Shown: one piece after another, positions 49,645 to 62,649 of the stretch
Layout of the letters: each line of letters opens with the position of its first letter
How positions within the stretch are numbered: position 1 is the stretch's first letter
DNA from: Octopus vulgaris
Taxonomy: Eukaryota
NCBI GenBank assembly: GCA_951406725.2
Contig: OX597827.1
Span: forward strand, 51,274,001-51,338,000
Length of the DNA stretch: 64,000 nt
Reading direction: 5' to 3'
The notes under the pieces: generated by a model
What the model saw: only the letters and a program-made list of their open reading frames with translations
Database searches by the model: none
Told to the model about the DNA's origin: nothing
Translations under genes and position numbers: made by a program

Positions 49645-50143
49645 TATGCTTGAGGAGACCTATTGAGTCAAGTACATCAACATCAAAATAAATATCAAAT
49701 GGAAATTGTAGTTGTGATACCTGTGCTGGTGGCACATAAAAAGCACCGCCTTGACTGGCTTCTGTGCCGGTGGCACGTAAAAAGCACCATCCAAACGTGG
49801 CCGATGCCAGCACCGCCTTGTCTGGCTTCTGTGCCGGTGGCACGTAAAAAGCACCATCCGAATGTGGCCGATGCCAGCACCATCTTGACTGGCTTCTGTG
49901 CCGGTTGCACGTAAAAAGCACCAACCGATCATGGCCGCTGCCAGCCTCCCCTGGCACCTGTGCTGGTGGCACGTAAAAAGCACCCACTACACTCACAGAG
50001 TGGTTGGCATTAGGAAGGGCATACAGCTGTAGAAACACTGCCAGATCAGACTGGAGCCTGGTGCAGCCTCCTGGCTTCCCAGACCCCGGTCTAACCGTCC
50101 AACCCATGCTAGCATGGAAAACGGACATTAAACGATGATGATG
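49645..50143 (+). mobile_element. RTE 3'-UTR fragment with 5 hairpin repeat units, inside a TTAA MITE
   Basis: ctgtgcyggtkgcacrtaaaaagcacc occurs five times at ~49721-49985, followed by the shared tail. Confidence 0.85.
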
Positions 50144-50929
50144 TTGTTCTGGATTAATTATGTATTATTTTGTAAGACTTGAGATTTTGATGATGTGATT
50201 ATTAATATTTAGAACAACATTGTAGGGTAGGTGTGAGTGGCTGAATCTGGCTGGTTTGAATGTAGAATAGGTAGAATGTTTGGGCCTGATATTGCCAGTT
50301 TAGATATGAAAGGGTTAATCTATGCTAACACATTATCTCTCTATATAATGGTGTTCTTTTATTTTGAAATGAATTTAAACTTAAAGAAAAGTGGTTCTCC
50401 ATTTAATAAGATTGTTCTTTACCTAACATTGCAAACTGAGTCCACACATTAGCTTTGTCTTCCAATTACAGTATTTCAATTACTTCGTGTCTTTCACAAA
50501 TATTAATCATAATTTTCTACAATGACCTAACCATTTTAACCTCTGTTCTACACAATGATTATATTCGTCATCTAGGGCCTATTTTTAAAAATTTATGTAT
50601 TTCTCTTTGTTGGGAGATTTAACTCAGGATCTATATTTTTAACGGATGGTTTTTAATACATTTATACACTAAGTCAAAGACATTGAAGTACTTACTTTAC
50701 AGTTGAAATTAAGCTCTATAGTTTAAATCCACTCTACAGGTATCTCGTAACTAAGCGCCGGAAATGAATGGAGGCTGGAATGATTGAAAAAGTCAAGCAC
50801 AAAAGTCATTAATTTCAGAATTTTATTTTATCTATAGATAACATAAACTTTGATTTGTAATTATAATTTCTTATTTTCATCTGCTTTAAATCTATTATTC
50901 ATCATTGTTCTTTAATACATTTTTTCCAG

Positions 50930-51240
50930 ATAACCATATCACCGATTGAATGGCTAAACCTGTTGTCAGATCAAACTGATTGTTATTCAAGACTATTATC
51001 AATGGAGTTTATGAATATCTTAACATGAATTCCATTGCCGTTGATAGCCAGCTTCTATATCTGGTTTGGTATTAAAATGATATTTATAAGAAATTTAGTT
51101 AAGAGTCCATGAATATGAGGCTGAAGAAGAAAATGTGTTTCAGAAAGTGATGAAGTGATGAGACAGCTACATGACAAAATTCATATACCTGACAGATTCT
51201 TCTTTTGTTATTCCGTATCAGAAGAAATTTTACACATGAA
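50930..51240 (+). other. Candidate non-coding 5' exon of ZNF gene B
   Basis: ttttttccag acceptor ending at 50929 and GAA|GTAAGA donor at 51241. Confidence 0.4.
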
Positions 51241-52157
51241 GTAAGAGTCTCATAGGGGAGTTGAAGTAATTCCTTTTTCTGATGTCGTTTTATATATTCC
51301 TCTCAGAACATGTCTAACTCAACACTTGAATGCTTATCTGTATAGGTATGCATGATTGCTTACCTTCATACTTTTAAAATGTGACACCAAGTTTCACAAT
51401 CTGAATAGGGTATAATATTGGTTTCAAATTTTGGCACAAGGCCAGCAATTTCAGGGGAGGAGGTAAGTTAATTACATCAGCCACAGTGCTCAATTGGTTC
51501 TTATTTTATTGACCCCTAAAAGGACGAAAGGCAAAGTTGACCTAGCAGAATTTGAACTCAGAACATGAAGACAGACAAAATGTCACCAAGCATTTTGCTT
51601 GGTGTGTTAATGATCCTGCCAGCTCTCCACCTTGAATAGAGTATAATATTGATGAAAGAGTATATATGTTTATAGATTACTCTCAGTAATTATTTCTCAT
51701 CCATACATTATTATTTTTTGTAAGATTTTATTTATATTGAAAAAATTTGTAAACATTTCTTTTTTTCATTTTTCTTTTCAAACCTTTCTCAAAATTTGAT
51801 ATAATAATTACTGTTATAATATAATACTGTTATTTTCCATTGTTCCCTGTCCTGTTTTCTTTCCAATCACTAACCTAAAATAATTCAATTTAAACATTAA
51901 TCATATCCCAATCTCACTTATTATCAATATCTACAAATTCAGATGGTCCTATAAAGGATGTAGGCACTGTCTCTAGTGTCCCAAACAAGTGTAATAAAAG
52001 GAAAAAAATGTTTCAGTAACTCTTTCAACTAGATTTTAGATTTAATGAAATAACTTGTAATTGAATTTATTAGTATTACTTAAATCTTGATTAAAGCCTA
52101 TATTTAGTTTTATTTCTGTTTTGTTTTAAATAATCAAATATTTCAAGAAAATTCACC

Positions 52158-53639
52158 ATGAATCATATGATACCATCAAATATTCCTAACTTTGACTTGG
52201 TTGATTCTATTCATGGTGTAGAACGGTCACATAGTTGTGAAATTTGTGGAAAAGGTTTCACTTGTTACGACAACCTTGAGCAACATAAAGGGACACACCA
52301 AATGGATAAATCTTTTAACTGTGACACATGTGGTAAAGTTTTTAGTCAAGAGTATCATCTAAAACAACATCAAATGGTACACACGAGAGAAAAGCCTTTG
52401 AAATGTAATGTTTGTGGGAGTATCTTTTCTCGTAATGGAGACTTGACACGTCACATGCGAACTCACAGAGTTCCAATAACCACCACTTTCAGCAGTAGTA
52501 GTGTTTCTTGTAACCATCAACATACTGACAAATCTTTTAAATGTCATATATGTGGCTGTATATTTTCTCGAAATGGAAATCTTACACGCCACATGCGAAC
52601 ACATGTTAACACCACAACTCACTCTCGTATGAGCAATACTACTGTTTACCAACATCATCTCGCTGAGAAGAATTTTAAATGCAGTATCTGTGGCTGTGCT
52701 TTTTCTCGTAAAGGAGATCTAACAAGGCATTTTAGAAGTCATGATGCTGTCATTATTCCAAGAAGTAATGCACCTACAAATGTAAGCAGTATGCAAAAAT
52801 ATCAAAGTCCTAAAAACCCATTCAATTGTAAGGCTTGCTGGAAGGCTTTCACAGAGCACTCTGATGGTGAAGTACATGAACGTATACATGCGGCACTACT
52901 GCCATTCAAATGTGGAATTTGTGGTAAAGCCTTCCATGATAATAGCACACTTGAACGGCACAGAAGAACACATACAAATGAAAAAATGTTCAGCTGTGAT
53001 ATTTGTCTGAAGTCTTTTACTCAGAAGTCATCACTAAAGTTGCACAAACGTACTCATACTGGGGAGCGCCCCTTTAAATGCAACATATGTGGTTTTGCAT
53101 TTTCTCGAAAAGATCATCTTGAGAGGCATCAGAAAACTAATAATGGTGACAGAAAACTGAGCTGTGTTCCTCAACACCTGCAGCGATCACCACGACAACA
53201 ACAACAACAACAGGCAATTCAATCACCCCAGAATCAACAATTCATTTCCATTGATATTCATCAGTCTCAGCTGAATGTATCCCAGTCACAAACTTCACAG
53301 CAACAATCACAAACTCCACAACTCACAAATATATCACCTCAGCAGCAAGATCTACAAAAAAACACACAACATACAAATATGTCATCCCATCAAAACTCAC
53401 AACACACAGATATGCCACAACAATCCATATCACAACCATCTGATATGCCACAAGCTCCACAACATGCAGACCTTCCTCAGTCACAACAAGGTTCACAACA
53501 TACAGACCTACCACCACCTCAAGGTTCACAAGACTCAGATCTGACTCCATCACAACAGCCAAATTCACAAGTTCCAGACATGCCAACACCACAACCAGAT
53601 TCACAACACACTGATGTACCACATTATATGAACATATGA
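52158..53639 (+). CDS. C2H2 zinc-finger transcription factor B (493 aa; 9 fingers, Q/P/S-rich repetitive tail)
   Basis: Intact ORF with eight CxxC..HxxxH fingers plus an atypical ninth and a TGERP linker. Candidate acceptor tttcaag at 52147 and Kozak-like caccATG. Confidence 0.95.
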   Translation: MNHMIPSNIPNFDLVDSIHGVERSHSCEICGKGFTCYDNLEQHKGTHQMDKSFNCDTCGKVFSQEYHLKQHQMVHTREKPLKCNVCGSIFSRNGDLTRHMRTHRVPITTTFSSSSVSCNHQHTDKSFKCHICGCIFSRNGNLTRHMRTHVNTTTHSRMSNTTVYQHHLAEKNFKCSICGCAFSRKGDLTRHFRSHDAVIIPRSNAPTNVSSMQKYQSPKNPFNCKACWKAFTEHSDGEVHERIHAALLPFKCGICGKAFHDNSTLERHRRTHTNEKMFSCDICLKSFTQKSSLKLHKRTHTGERPFKCNICGFAFSRKDHLERHQKTNNGDRKLSCVPQHLQRSPRQQQQQQAIQSPQNQQFISIDIHQSQLNVSQSQTSQQQSQTPQLTNISPQQQDLQKNTQHTNMSSHQNSQHTDMPQQSISQPSDMPQAPQHADLPQSQQGSQHTDLPPPQGSQDSDLTPSQQPNSQVPDMPTPQPDSQHTDVPHYMNI

Positions 53640-54597
53640 AAATAGTTTAGTTGTTAATTTGAATTATCAGGAATTGTATTTGTCTATCATTTTAAAGATT
53701 CTCACCAGTTCCTTTTGCATGCATGACATGACATTAAACTGATATAGTTCATTGAATTTGGGGTATGTTGGAACATTATGGCACTTGTCTTTAACTACAT
53801 TATATAGAAGACATTTATTGCAAAGTGTGATAAAAATTTCTTGAGTTATGAAGACATTTGAGATGCTTTGCTTGAGGTGCTAAGTTATTCTAAATAAGAC
53901 AGAATTAAGCAAAAAATGTCATAAACATGTGAAGAGTAAATGTCATTAAAATTTACATATCATTTCTTGCCATTGGAAGATGGTAATTATGAAATAAATT
54001 GTTGGGAAAAGTTGAATATGATGAAACTTTGGTAAGATCTGTTGTAATAAACGTTAAATTTCATCACAACTATTGTTCATATTGCACCTGTTAAATTTCT
54101 GTTGTATTCACATTTTCTCTACAGTTTTTAAATGCTTTTTACTGTGGAATAATGGAACTTGTCATCATATAGAAAATCATTGTTAAGTTTTGTTCAGCAT
54201 ATCTTTTCTCTGTTACAAATTAGACATGATTAAGATAACATAATTTTCTATAATTCCAACCCCATATAAATTGCATGTGTGTGTATATCAGTATGTATGT
54301 ATTACATAAATGTTTTGTATTACATATATATAAATTTAAGTCACAGTATATAGATTCAAGTAATCTGGTTGCACTCATAAAAAAAGCTCCTTAATGTATC
54401 ATTCTACAAAACATATAGAATATATAGTACAATACAAGGGAAAACCACAAGGAGTGTATAAAGTCATAAATGACAGAGAAATAGTTTGATGAAATTTTCA
54501 TCATCATCATCGTTTAACTTCTGTTGCAGGGCAGCAATGCAATTGAATAATGGGTATGAGTGGGGGTAAAGCAGAAATTTACTTGTAATTAATAAGG

Positions 54598-54856
54598 CAA
54601 ATAAGAAAATGGAGAAGACAATGAATTGACAAACATCAGCCTGTTTCATTTGGATCTGTTTATTAATTAATTACAATCATATGTATAAGTAATCAAAATA
54701 AATAAACAAGTAAATAAATAAATTTATTTATTTACTTGTTTATTTGTTTATTTTGATTAGTTATACATAGGATTGTAAGTAATTTATAAATAGATCCAAA
54801 TGAATGTTTACAGGCTGATGTTTGTCAGTTGATTGTCCTCTCCATTTTCTTATTTG
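54598..54856. repeat. ~260-bp spacerless palindrome
   Basis: caaataagaaaatggagaagacaat...aaataaat|ttatttattt...attgtcctctccattttcttatttg. Confidence 0.9.
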
Positions 54857-55053
54857 TGTTATATATATATATATATATTATTTATATATATGTGTGTGTG
54901 TTTATATGTTTGTGTGTCTGTGTTTACATCCCTATAACTTAGCAGTTTAGCAAAAGAAACTGATAGAGTAAGTCCTGGGGTTGATTTGCTTGCCTAAAGG
55001 GTGGTGCTCCTGCATGGCAACAGCCAAATGAAATGAGTGAAACAAGTAAAAGA

Positions 55054-55082
<29 letters not shown>

Positions 55083-55086
<4 letters not shown>

Positions 55087-55590
55087 GAGATAGTATCAAA
55101 AAGCTCCTGGGACTAGTTATGTTTAATAGAAAATAAGTTATTTACTTAAGAAATAGTCATCACCTTGCACAGCTATACACTAGTCCCAGTGTTCCTGCCA
55201 CTTTTGGAATCCGACTTTGATGTTGTTTTCCATAGGTCAGTCAAGGACCTTCTACGATTTGCTCTGGATTTTGACAACGGTGTTAAAACAATGACCTTTG
55301 AGCTGCCTTTTCATCTTGGGGAAGAGATGGAAGTCTGCAGGTGCTAAACCTGGCAAACAGGGCAGGTGTGGAAGTATTATCATGTTGATTTTGGTGAGAA
55401 ACTCACGAGTGAGGAGAGCTCAGTGACAGGGTGCATTGTTGTGAAGAAACCAATTCTTTGCGCTCAACAGATCCAGTCAGTTTCGCTGAATGTCTTCGTG
55501 AAACTCTTCAAAACATCACAGTAGAACTCTTGATTGATGGTCTGGCCTGGGGGATAAATTTTTGATGCACAATACCATGGATGTCAAAAA
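55083..55590 (-). mobile_element. Mariner 3' relic
   Basis: TIR-like tatgagatagtatcaaaaagctcc and decayed NAPCH / PHLPCLPGLAPADF motifs on the minus strand. Confidence 0.65.
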
Positions 55591-58500
55591 AACTGCTGCT
55601 ACTACTACTACTACTACTAGCTTAGTAGTAGCTTAAAGTTATGTGAGGCTGCTAGTTCATTTTTTTATATCTTGAAACTTTACTTTTTAAACTTGACCAT
55701 AAACTTGGATACCCTCAAAATATATTTTTGATGTTTAATATGTAACTTTGATTGTCATACTGGAAGGACTACAAAAGCCTCGGGCACTGTCTTTCAAAAT
55801 TGACAAGCTTCCAAAAAAACAAAAAAACAAAAACTTTGCTGTTCTCTCTAACTCAAAATACTTCTTTGTCCATTATTGTATCCTACCTACTTGAACTTTG
55901 AAAATGACCATTCACTTGTGGAATTTCTTGCCATTCCAAGATAAGTAAGGTGATTTCTGTATTTGGAAAAGATTTCAAGCCATAGTTCATTATAAAGTTT
56001 CAAGACTGAAGTTTCAAAGAATCTTGATCTGTGCCAAGTTAAAGAATATGGAACTGGACTGGTTTTGCAAAAATTGCTGAATGTTAAAAACTCTTTCTTT
56101 CATGCTTGTAAGTTTTCAGGATATACAGCTACAGGATCAGAAGGCCTCTTTACATTTTATTTCGATGTAAGTTACTCTAGAAAATGAAGGATATCAAAAT
56201 GTAATTTCGCAAATGTTTATAAACTACCTGGTTGTTTAGCTTTATGCCCACCCTAATCAAAACAGACCTATGATCAAAGGCCCCTATTTTTTATATCTAT
56301 ATTGTCCAAGGTATTTTTTTTTTTACCAAAGAACTTTAAGATGTTATTTATGGCAAATTTGGCTACTCTTTTCAGCCAGTTAAATAACTACATAGAAGCT
56401 CCCAAATTTTTAGAAGGATTTGAGTTTCAGCAATAATGCCAGTGTCAGACAAATCAGCATACTCCCAAATTCAGGTTGTCTTCAAGATTTTGCTTGTGTC
56501 TATCACTGATAAGTTTTTATACCCTCCAAAAGTGGTTCATATCATTTGCTTATACTCATGCAGTGATTAATTGGGTGTTCTGATTGTGATTAAATTCTGG
56601 TTTGCAAATTAGTGAAAGGTGATAGTAAGACATAACGTTTGTAGTGAATTTGAAGATTTTTAGCTGTGTGATGTTCATGAGTAACAAGATTAGTGATATA
56701 ATAATGTCAACCAGACTACTGGATGTTGTTAGGCACCACTTGTTACAATGCAATTTGCATCATTCTAGCTTTTCAATGATGTCTTCTTCCTGGCTAGGCA
56801 GCCAGGCCAACATTCCCCTTGAACAGACCATCAGCCTGTCCCAGCATTACCCATTAACTGGAGTGACATGACATGAAGTGTTTTGCTCAAGAACGCAACA
56901 TACAACTGGTCTAGGAATTGAAACTACAATCTCGCAATCATGAGTGCAACACCATAACCACTAGGCCATGCACCTTAACTTGTATCAATATAAAATCCTT
57001 AATTTTTGATATATTGTAAAATTTCACTTAAAAAAAAAGTAAGAAGGAACTTAGAATAAAATTCCAGTCTAGATGTTTTTAGTAGAAGAAACCTTTATTT
57101 TTGACTAATTTGTGATAGAAAAAACCCAAATTTAACTAATAAGTTCTTCAATTAAATGTAAAAGGGGGTTCAGTTTATAGTTTGCTCTGAGTTATTAAGG
57201 AAGTTATTCCCCTGATATTAACACAAACATTGTTCAAATGAATCTTTTGAATGTGTTCTATTAACACATTCATCAAATAATAATGTAACACATGTTTAAA
57301 AGATATTTTATCCCCTTGTCATTTTGTAGAACAGATTTATCTTTCTTTTCTTTTTTTGTTTACATTTCAAGGTTTTTAAGTAGAATCTGAAAGACTGGGT
57401 CCCTTTTCCGCTTCACTATACTTAGAACTTAATATTTCTTTAGTGCATTACATTACACTGAATTTTAAGCAATAAAATAAAATGTTTTCTAGCTGCTCAT
57501 GCTCATGCAAATTATTCATACCAGTGTTGCTGTGGCTACTTCAGATAGACTTATTCTATTCCAAGGAAACACATCATTGCTTATTTCTGATGAAGTTAAG
57601 TTAAAAATGTGATCTAAAATAAGAGGATCAACAAATATTTACATTTTCATGGCTTATCTCCAATAATCTTGTTGAGTTAGTTCTAAAGTGAAACTGTTGA
57701 TTGTTTTCTTATTTTGCACAAAATATTTTATAAAAGGAACATCATCTAAAATAAATGCATAAATAAAAAGTTTTAAACAGTTCTGGAATAAAATAATATT
57801 TTAGAGATTCCAAATGTTTATAATTAAGTGATCAGATACGAAAAAGTTTGAATACAACCCATTATCTATTCAGGGAGTATTTCTTTTACTGAAGACATTA
57901 TGATTACATGTACCTGAATCTTTCTTTTATTTACTGCTTATTGTTCTAATCAATTTATTGCCTGAAACCTGCAAAAAGTTTGGTTATAGCTACCTATGTC
58001 ATCTGACAGGAACAACCGACTGCTACCAACTATTCACTCCCTTTCATAACACATCAAGGAGATAGATCTTGGCATAGTGGTAATATACTGTGAAAATACA
58101 GACACTAAATGTATGGCTATCTACTTCATTATATAATAATAATATGTAGAAGTATATCCTGTATCCTGGAAGAATGACCTCTGACCAACTATATTAACTT
58201 ATTGTTAATGATATGAAAGCTGGTGAAAACAATTGTAAACAACCACATTTCTTATCATTTGAGCTCTCTTAATGCAGTTATCATGCTTTCCTTTGTCATA
58301 CATATGTGGTTCCTCATTCTTGTAAAATAATGTTGACCTTGATATTGGCAAAATCTTCAACCAGGTGCAGCATAAAAACCTCTTAATATCATTTTTCTAT
58401 AGGCTTAATCTATATTTTATCTCTTAGTCTGATAGTTTCTTAACAAACAACTACATTACAGCATATGTCAACAGAGTTTTTTATATTAAGCCCACATTCT

Positions 58501-58834
58501 ATTTAACTCTAATGTGTCTTCAACGCTAGTCTGTATCAGCAAACTATTTGCTTTAACTTTTATCTACACACAACCTAAAAACTTCATATAAGTCATAAAA
58601 AAGATCTTGCATACATGTTTTAAAGAGTCAAAACGCCCTAGTATCATTCAATAGTTCCCAAATTGTAGTCAGTACACATGTAAAGGAAATACATGACATT
58701 TTGCATAGCACTAGTCCAGCCCTATGCCCTGTTTGATCATTCAAGATAGCTTATTAAGTGAAGGCATGTGGCCTGGTGGTGTTGCACTCACAATTGCAAG
58801 ATTGTGGTTTTGATTCTCAAACTAGCTGTGAAAA

Positions 58835-59100
58835 CTAGATGTTTTTAGCAGAAGAAACCTTTATTTTTGACCAATGTGTGATGGAAAAAAACCCAAATTT
58901 AACTAAGAAGTTCTTCAATTAAATGTAAAAGGGGGTTCAGTTTATAGTTTGCTCTGAGTTATTAAGAAAGTTATTTCATTTCATTGTGTGTAGTAAAAAG
59001 GTTGTGTGTAGTTAAAAGTTAAAGCAAATAGTTTGATGATACAGACTAGCATTGAAGACACATTAGAGTTAAATAGAATGTGGGCTTAATATAAAAAAAC
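58835..59100. repeat. Composite local duplication: direct copy of 57069-57208 plus inverted copy of 58476-58576
   Basis: 58835-58975 matches 57069-57208; 58999-59100 is the reverse complement of 58476-58576. Confidence 0.9.
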
Positions 59101-59839
59101 ATTTCATTTCACATTACTCAGCTGTAAATGGGTAACTTTGTAATGGATTGGTGTGTAAGGGTGAGATATTGATTCAGGAAAATCACCAGAGCAGAGGCCT
59201 TGCAAGTTACATTTTATATTCAGTGAGTGAGAAGATGAATTGTATAACCTGTACTGTGAATCCTGACTGGTTGAGATTGATTGTTCAACTATAAAGATCA
59301 ATCAATCAACTGAATTTTCCTGACAGCAAGTATGTTTTACCATGACCTGTTGAACAAAGTGACTCCTTCAGCTTGAATAGTTCACAGACATTTCTATTCT
59401 AGGTATTTCTATTCATATTCTCTTCTCTTTTATGTCATAATCTAGCAAACACTCAGGACACCAGAAGCAAAACCCTCCCCTAAATCAGTCTAAAATATCC
59501 TGAGCAGTTGTTCTATATCACCTACTGGAAATCTGATGTAAAATGATTTTCAAGAGAGCAAAGGATAGTTTTATATATTGCATAGTCTGAGGTATTTTCT
59601 CCTACATAGTTACAGCTGGAAACTTTGTTCCCTAACTGAAAGAATTTCTAATGACAATAGAGTTCTAGCTGTTATTTTTGAAGACAAATAGTTATGTAGA
59701 CATTATTGTAGAAGATAAATATGATACATTAACTGTTCTCCAAACACCTCAATATATAATGATGAAATGAATTCTAATCTTTAAAAGAAAAATATCTATT
59801 ACTTTAAAATAAAATTTAAAAAGACGAATTTCTCATTTT

Positions 59840-60256
59840 TCTTTTATTACTTTATTCTTTTACTTGTTTCAGTAATTTGACTGTGGCCATGCTGGAACAC
59901 TACCTTGAAAGGTTTTAGTTGAACAAACTGACCCCAGGACTTATTTTTTTAAAGCCTAGTACTTATTCTTACAGTTCCTTTTGTCAAACTGCTAAGTTAT
60001 GGGAGCATAGACACACTAACTACAGTTGTCAAACAGTGATGGGAGGACAAACACAGACACAAAGGCACACACAAATAGATACATTCATACATATAAGCAA
60101 TGGGCTTCTCTCAGTTTTCTTCAAACAAATCCACTCACAAGGCATTGGTTGGCCTGAGGCTATAGTAGAAGACACTTGCTCAAGGTGCCTCACAGTAGGA
60201 CTAAACCCAGAACCATGTGGTTAGGAAGCAAGCTTCTTACCACACAGCCACGGCTG
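59840..60256 (-). mobile_element. SINE family B
   Basis: Diverged reverse complement of 41453-41857. Confidence 0.85.
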
Positions 60257-62649
60257 TGTAACTTTCTCCCTTAACTAGTCTGTCATTCCCTTTTCTCTTC
60301 CTACCACCAAGCCTAGTATGTGTACTCAACCAGCACTTTTTATATTAATTCTCTTTGTATCTTGTTTACTCCCCTTTTCCCTTTCTCAATACTGGAGAAA
60401 TCAACCAACCAACATTTATAATGAGATACATCATGTATGTGTGCAAAGTGTATGGATGTATATTTGATTAATTTGTACGGCTAATATATACATGCATGTG
60501 AGTGTGTTTGTACGTATGTGTGTGTGTACATGCACATACGCACACATATGTAGCTTGTATGTGTATATGTATGTATTTAGGAATGTATATCCATACAAAC
60601 TCATATGTACGAAGAGTCTCTGTAGCTCTGAGACTGAAACCAGGAGTAAGGTTCCTTGTGGTGGTCCAGTGTGCTGAACCCTTGGGGCACTGAACTTTCA
60701 GCAATTTTATGGACAAAGGCTTTCAACAATTATCAATAACATTTGAGAGAAAATAAACATAAACATTCAATTAGTTGGATAATTTATTGAAAGTTTAAAT
60801 ACATTGATGAGAATTTAATGACTTTATTAATGTAGAATTGAGAATCCTCATAATTAAATAGAATAAGTTTTTGGAAGCCTTTCTTAAAGTAAATGATTTT
60901 ATGATTTCACTGAAGGCAGTTCTTCCTGCAACCTAATCTCAATATTAAAGACTACCGGGTTTATCAATCTCCTCACAAAACTCCTAACAGTTTTAGTTTG
61001 TTGAAAGATCTTTCAACAGATGCAGCCACAAATAGAAATATGTAGGATGTATCTAATGTTAATGTGGGACCAAACTTTTCACCAAATTTTGGTGTGTATA
61101 TTTTTTTAATACTTATATAATTTTCTTAATAATTTCATCTTGCATGAATTCTGAGAAATTGAGTATTTGTCCAATAATTTTGTGGATGTATGGTTGAATT
61201 ATGCTTCAATATTGGTTTCAAATTTTGGTACAAGGCCAGCAGTTTTGGGGGAGAAGGGAGGTTGATTACATCAACCCCAATACTCAACTGGTACTTATTT
61301 TATCGATGCCAAAATGATGTAAGGCAGTAGAATTTGAACTCAGAATGTAAAGATGGATGAAAATACCGTGAAGCATTTTAGTAAAGTAAAGGTAAGGTTA
61401 TCTTCTTGAACCCTGCCAACTGGTTTCATGGTGTATAAATTCTCCATCTGGACAGGATACTGGTCCATCACAGGATTACTCATTTTTGCCAGCTGAGTGG
61501 ACTGGAGCAATGTGAAATGATGTGTTTTGCTCAAGAACACTACATGTCTGGTCCAGGGACCAAAATTACAATCCTACGATCATAAGTCTGACACCATAAC
61601 CACTAAGCATTTTTTCCTGGCATGCTAACAATTCTGCCAGCTCGCCACCTTTTCGTTAGTTTCAAATATTAGCACAAGGCCTTCAAGTTCTGGGAGGGGT
61701 TAAGTCGATTGCATTGACCCTGATATTTAGATGGTTCTTATTTTATCAATCCTAAAAGGCAAAGCTGAACCTCAGTAGAATTTGAACTCAGAACATAAAG
61801 AAGGACGAAATACTGCTAAACATTTTGCCTGGCATGCTAATGATTATGCCAGCTCACTGCCTTCATTTTATGCTTCAATATTGCTACGCAAAATGTAAGA
61901 CAATCTAATAATTTGTGTCTGTAGCATCAAACTGATTTGACATGCTACCATCCACCAAATCAACACAACAAAGAAGACAATTCTTTGAAATTTAGGTTTA
62001 GGTTCATTAGAATTATCACGAAAATTTTCTTAGATACTCTACTTTAGTTCATTATCATCTTTAATGATAATAGTTCTTGCTTTTTTCTTTTTTTGTTAGC
62101 TTTTATTTTTAATGTGAGAAGAGGCTCAATTTTAACTTTTCCATCTACCAATTTTAAATTTGTAACCCTTGCCCATGTAAATCTTCAAGATCTAGAGCTC
62201 AACTTTAAGATGGACACTATATTTCAGACCTCTACATCCACTGTAGCTTGTCTCTCAAGAATGATCTTCTTTCTCCTTTTGATCTGTACATAAGGATGCA
62301 AATAAAAAATGACATATTTCATTACTCTTTAGACTTCATTAATGATTTTTGGTACAAGGCTGAAAGGCAGTAGTAGTTTCTTTAGCACAAGTTAAACACC
62401 ACAGAAGCCAAGATAAGTTCTAACCTAATTGGCCAATAGGCTCAAGACAGACTTTAACATTACACACATGTGCATGCGTGCACCCCCCACCCCACACACA
62501 CATGCATGCACATATCTGTGTTGTGTGCATTTTTAATACATGCAATATCTTCAGCAAACAATGGTTAAAAAAAAACTGGAATGAGTCAAAATATGGTTCA
62601 TTGCTAATTTAACTCAAACGTGGTAAATGACTGAAAGTATTTATGCATT

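Noticed and set aside
49721-49985. CRISPR-like array of palindromic 27-bp repeats with spacers
   Set aside because: The context is eukaryotic with no cas genes, the spacers are homologous to one another, and the block is the 3' UTR of an RTE LINE.
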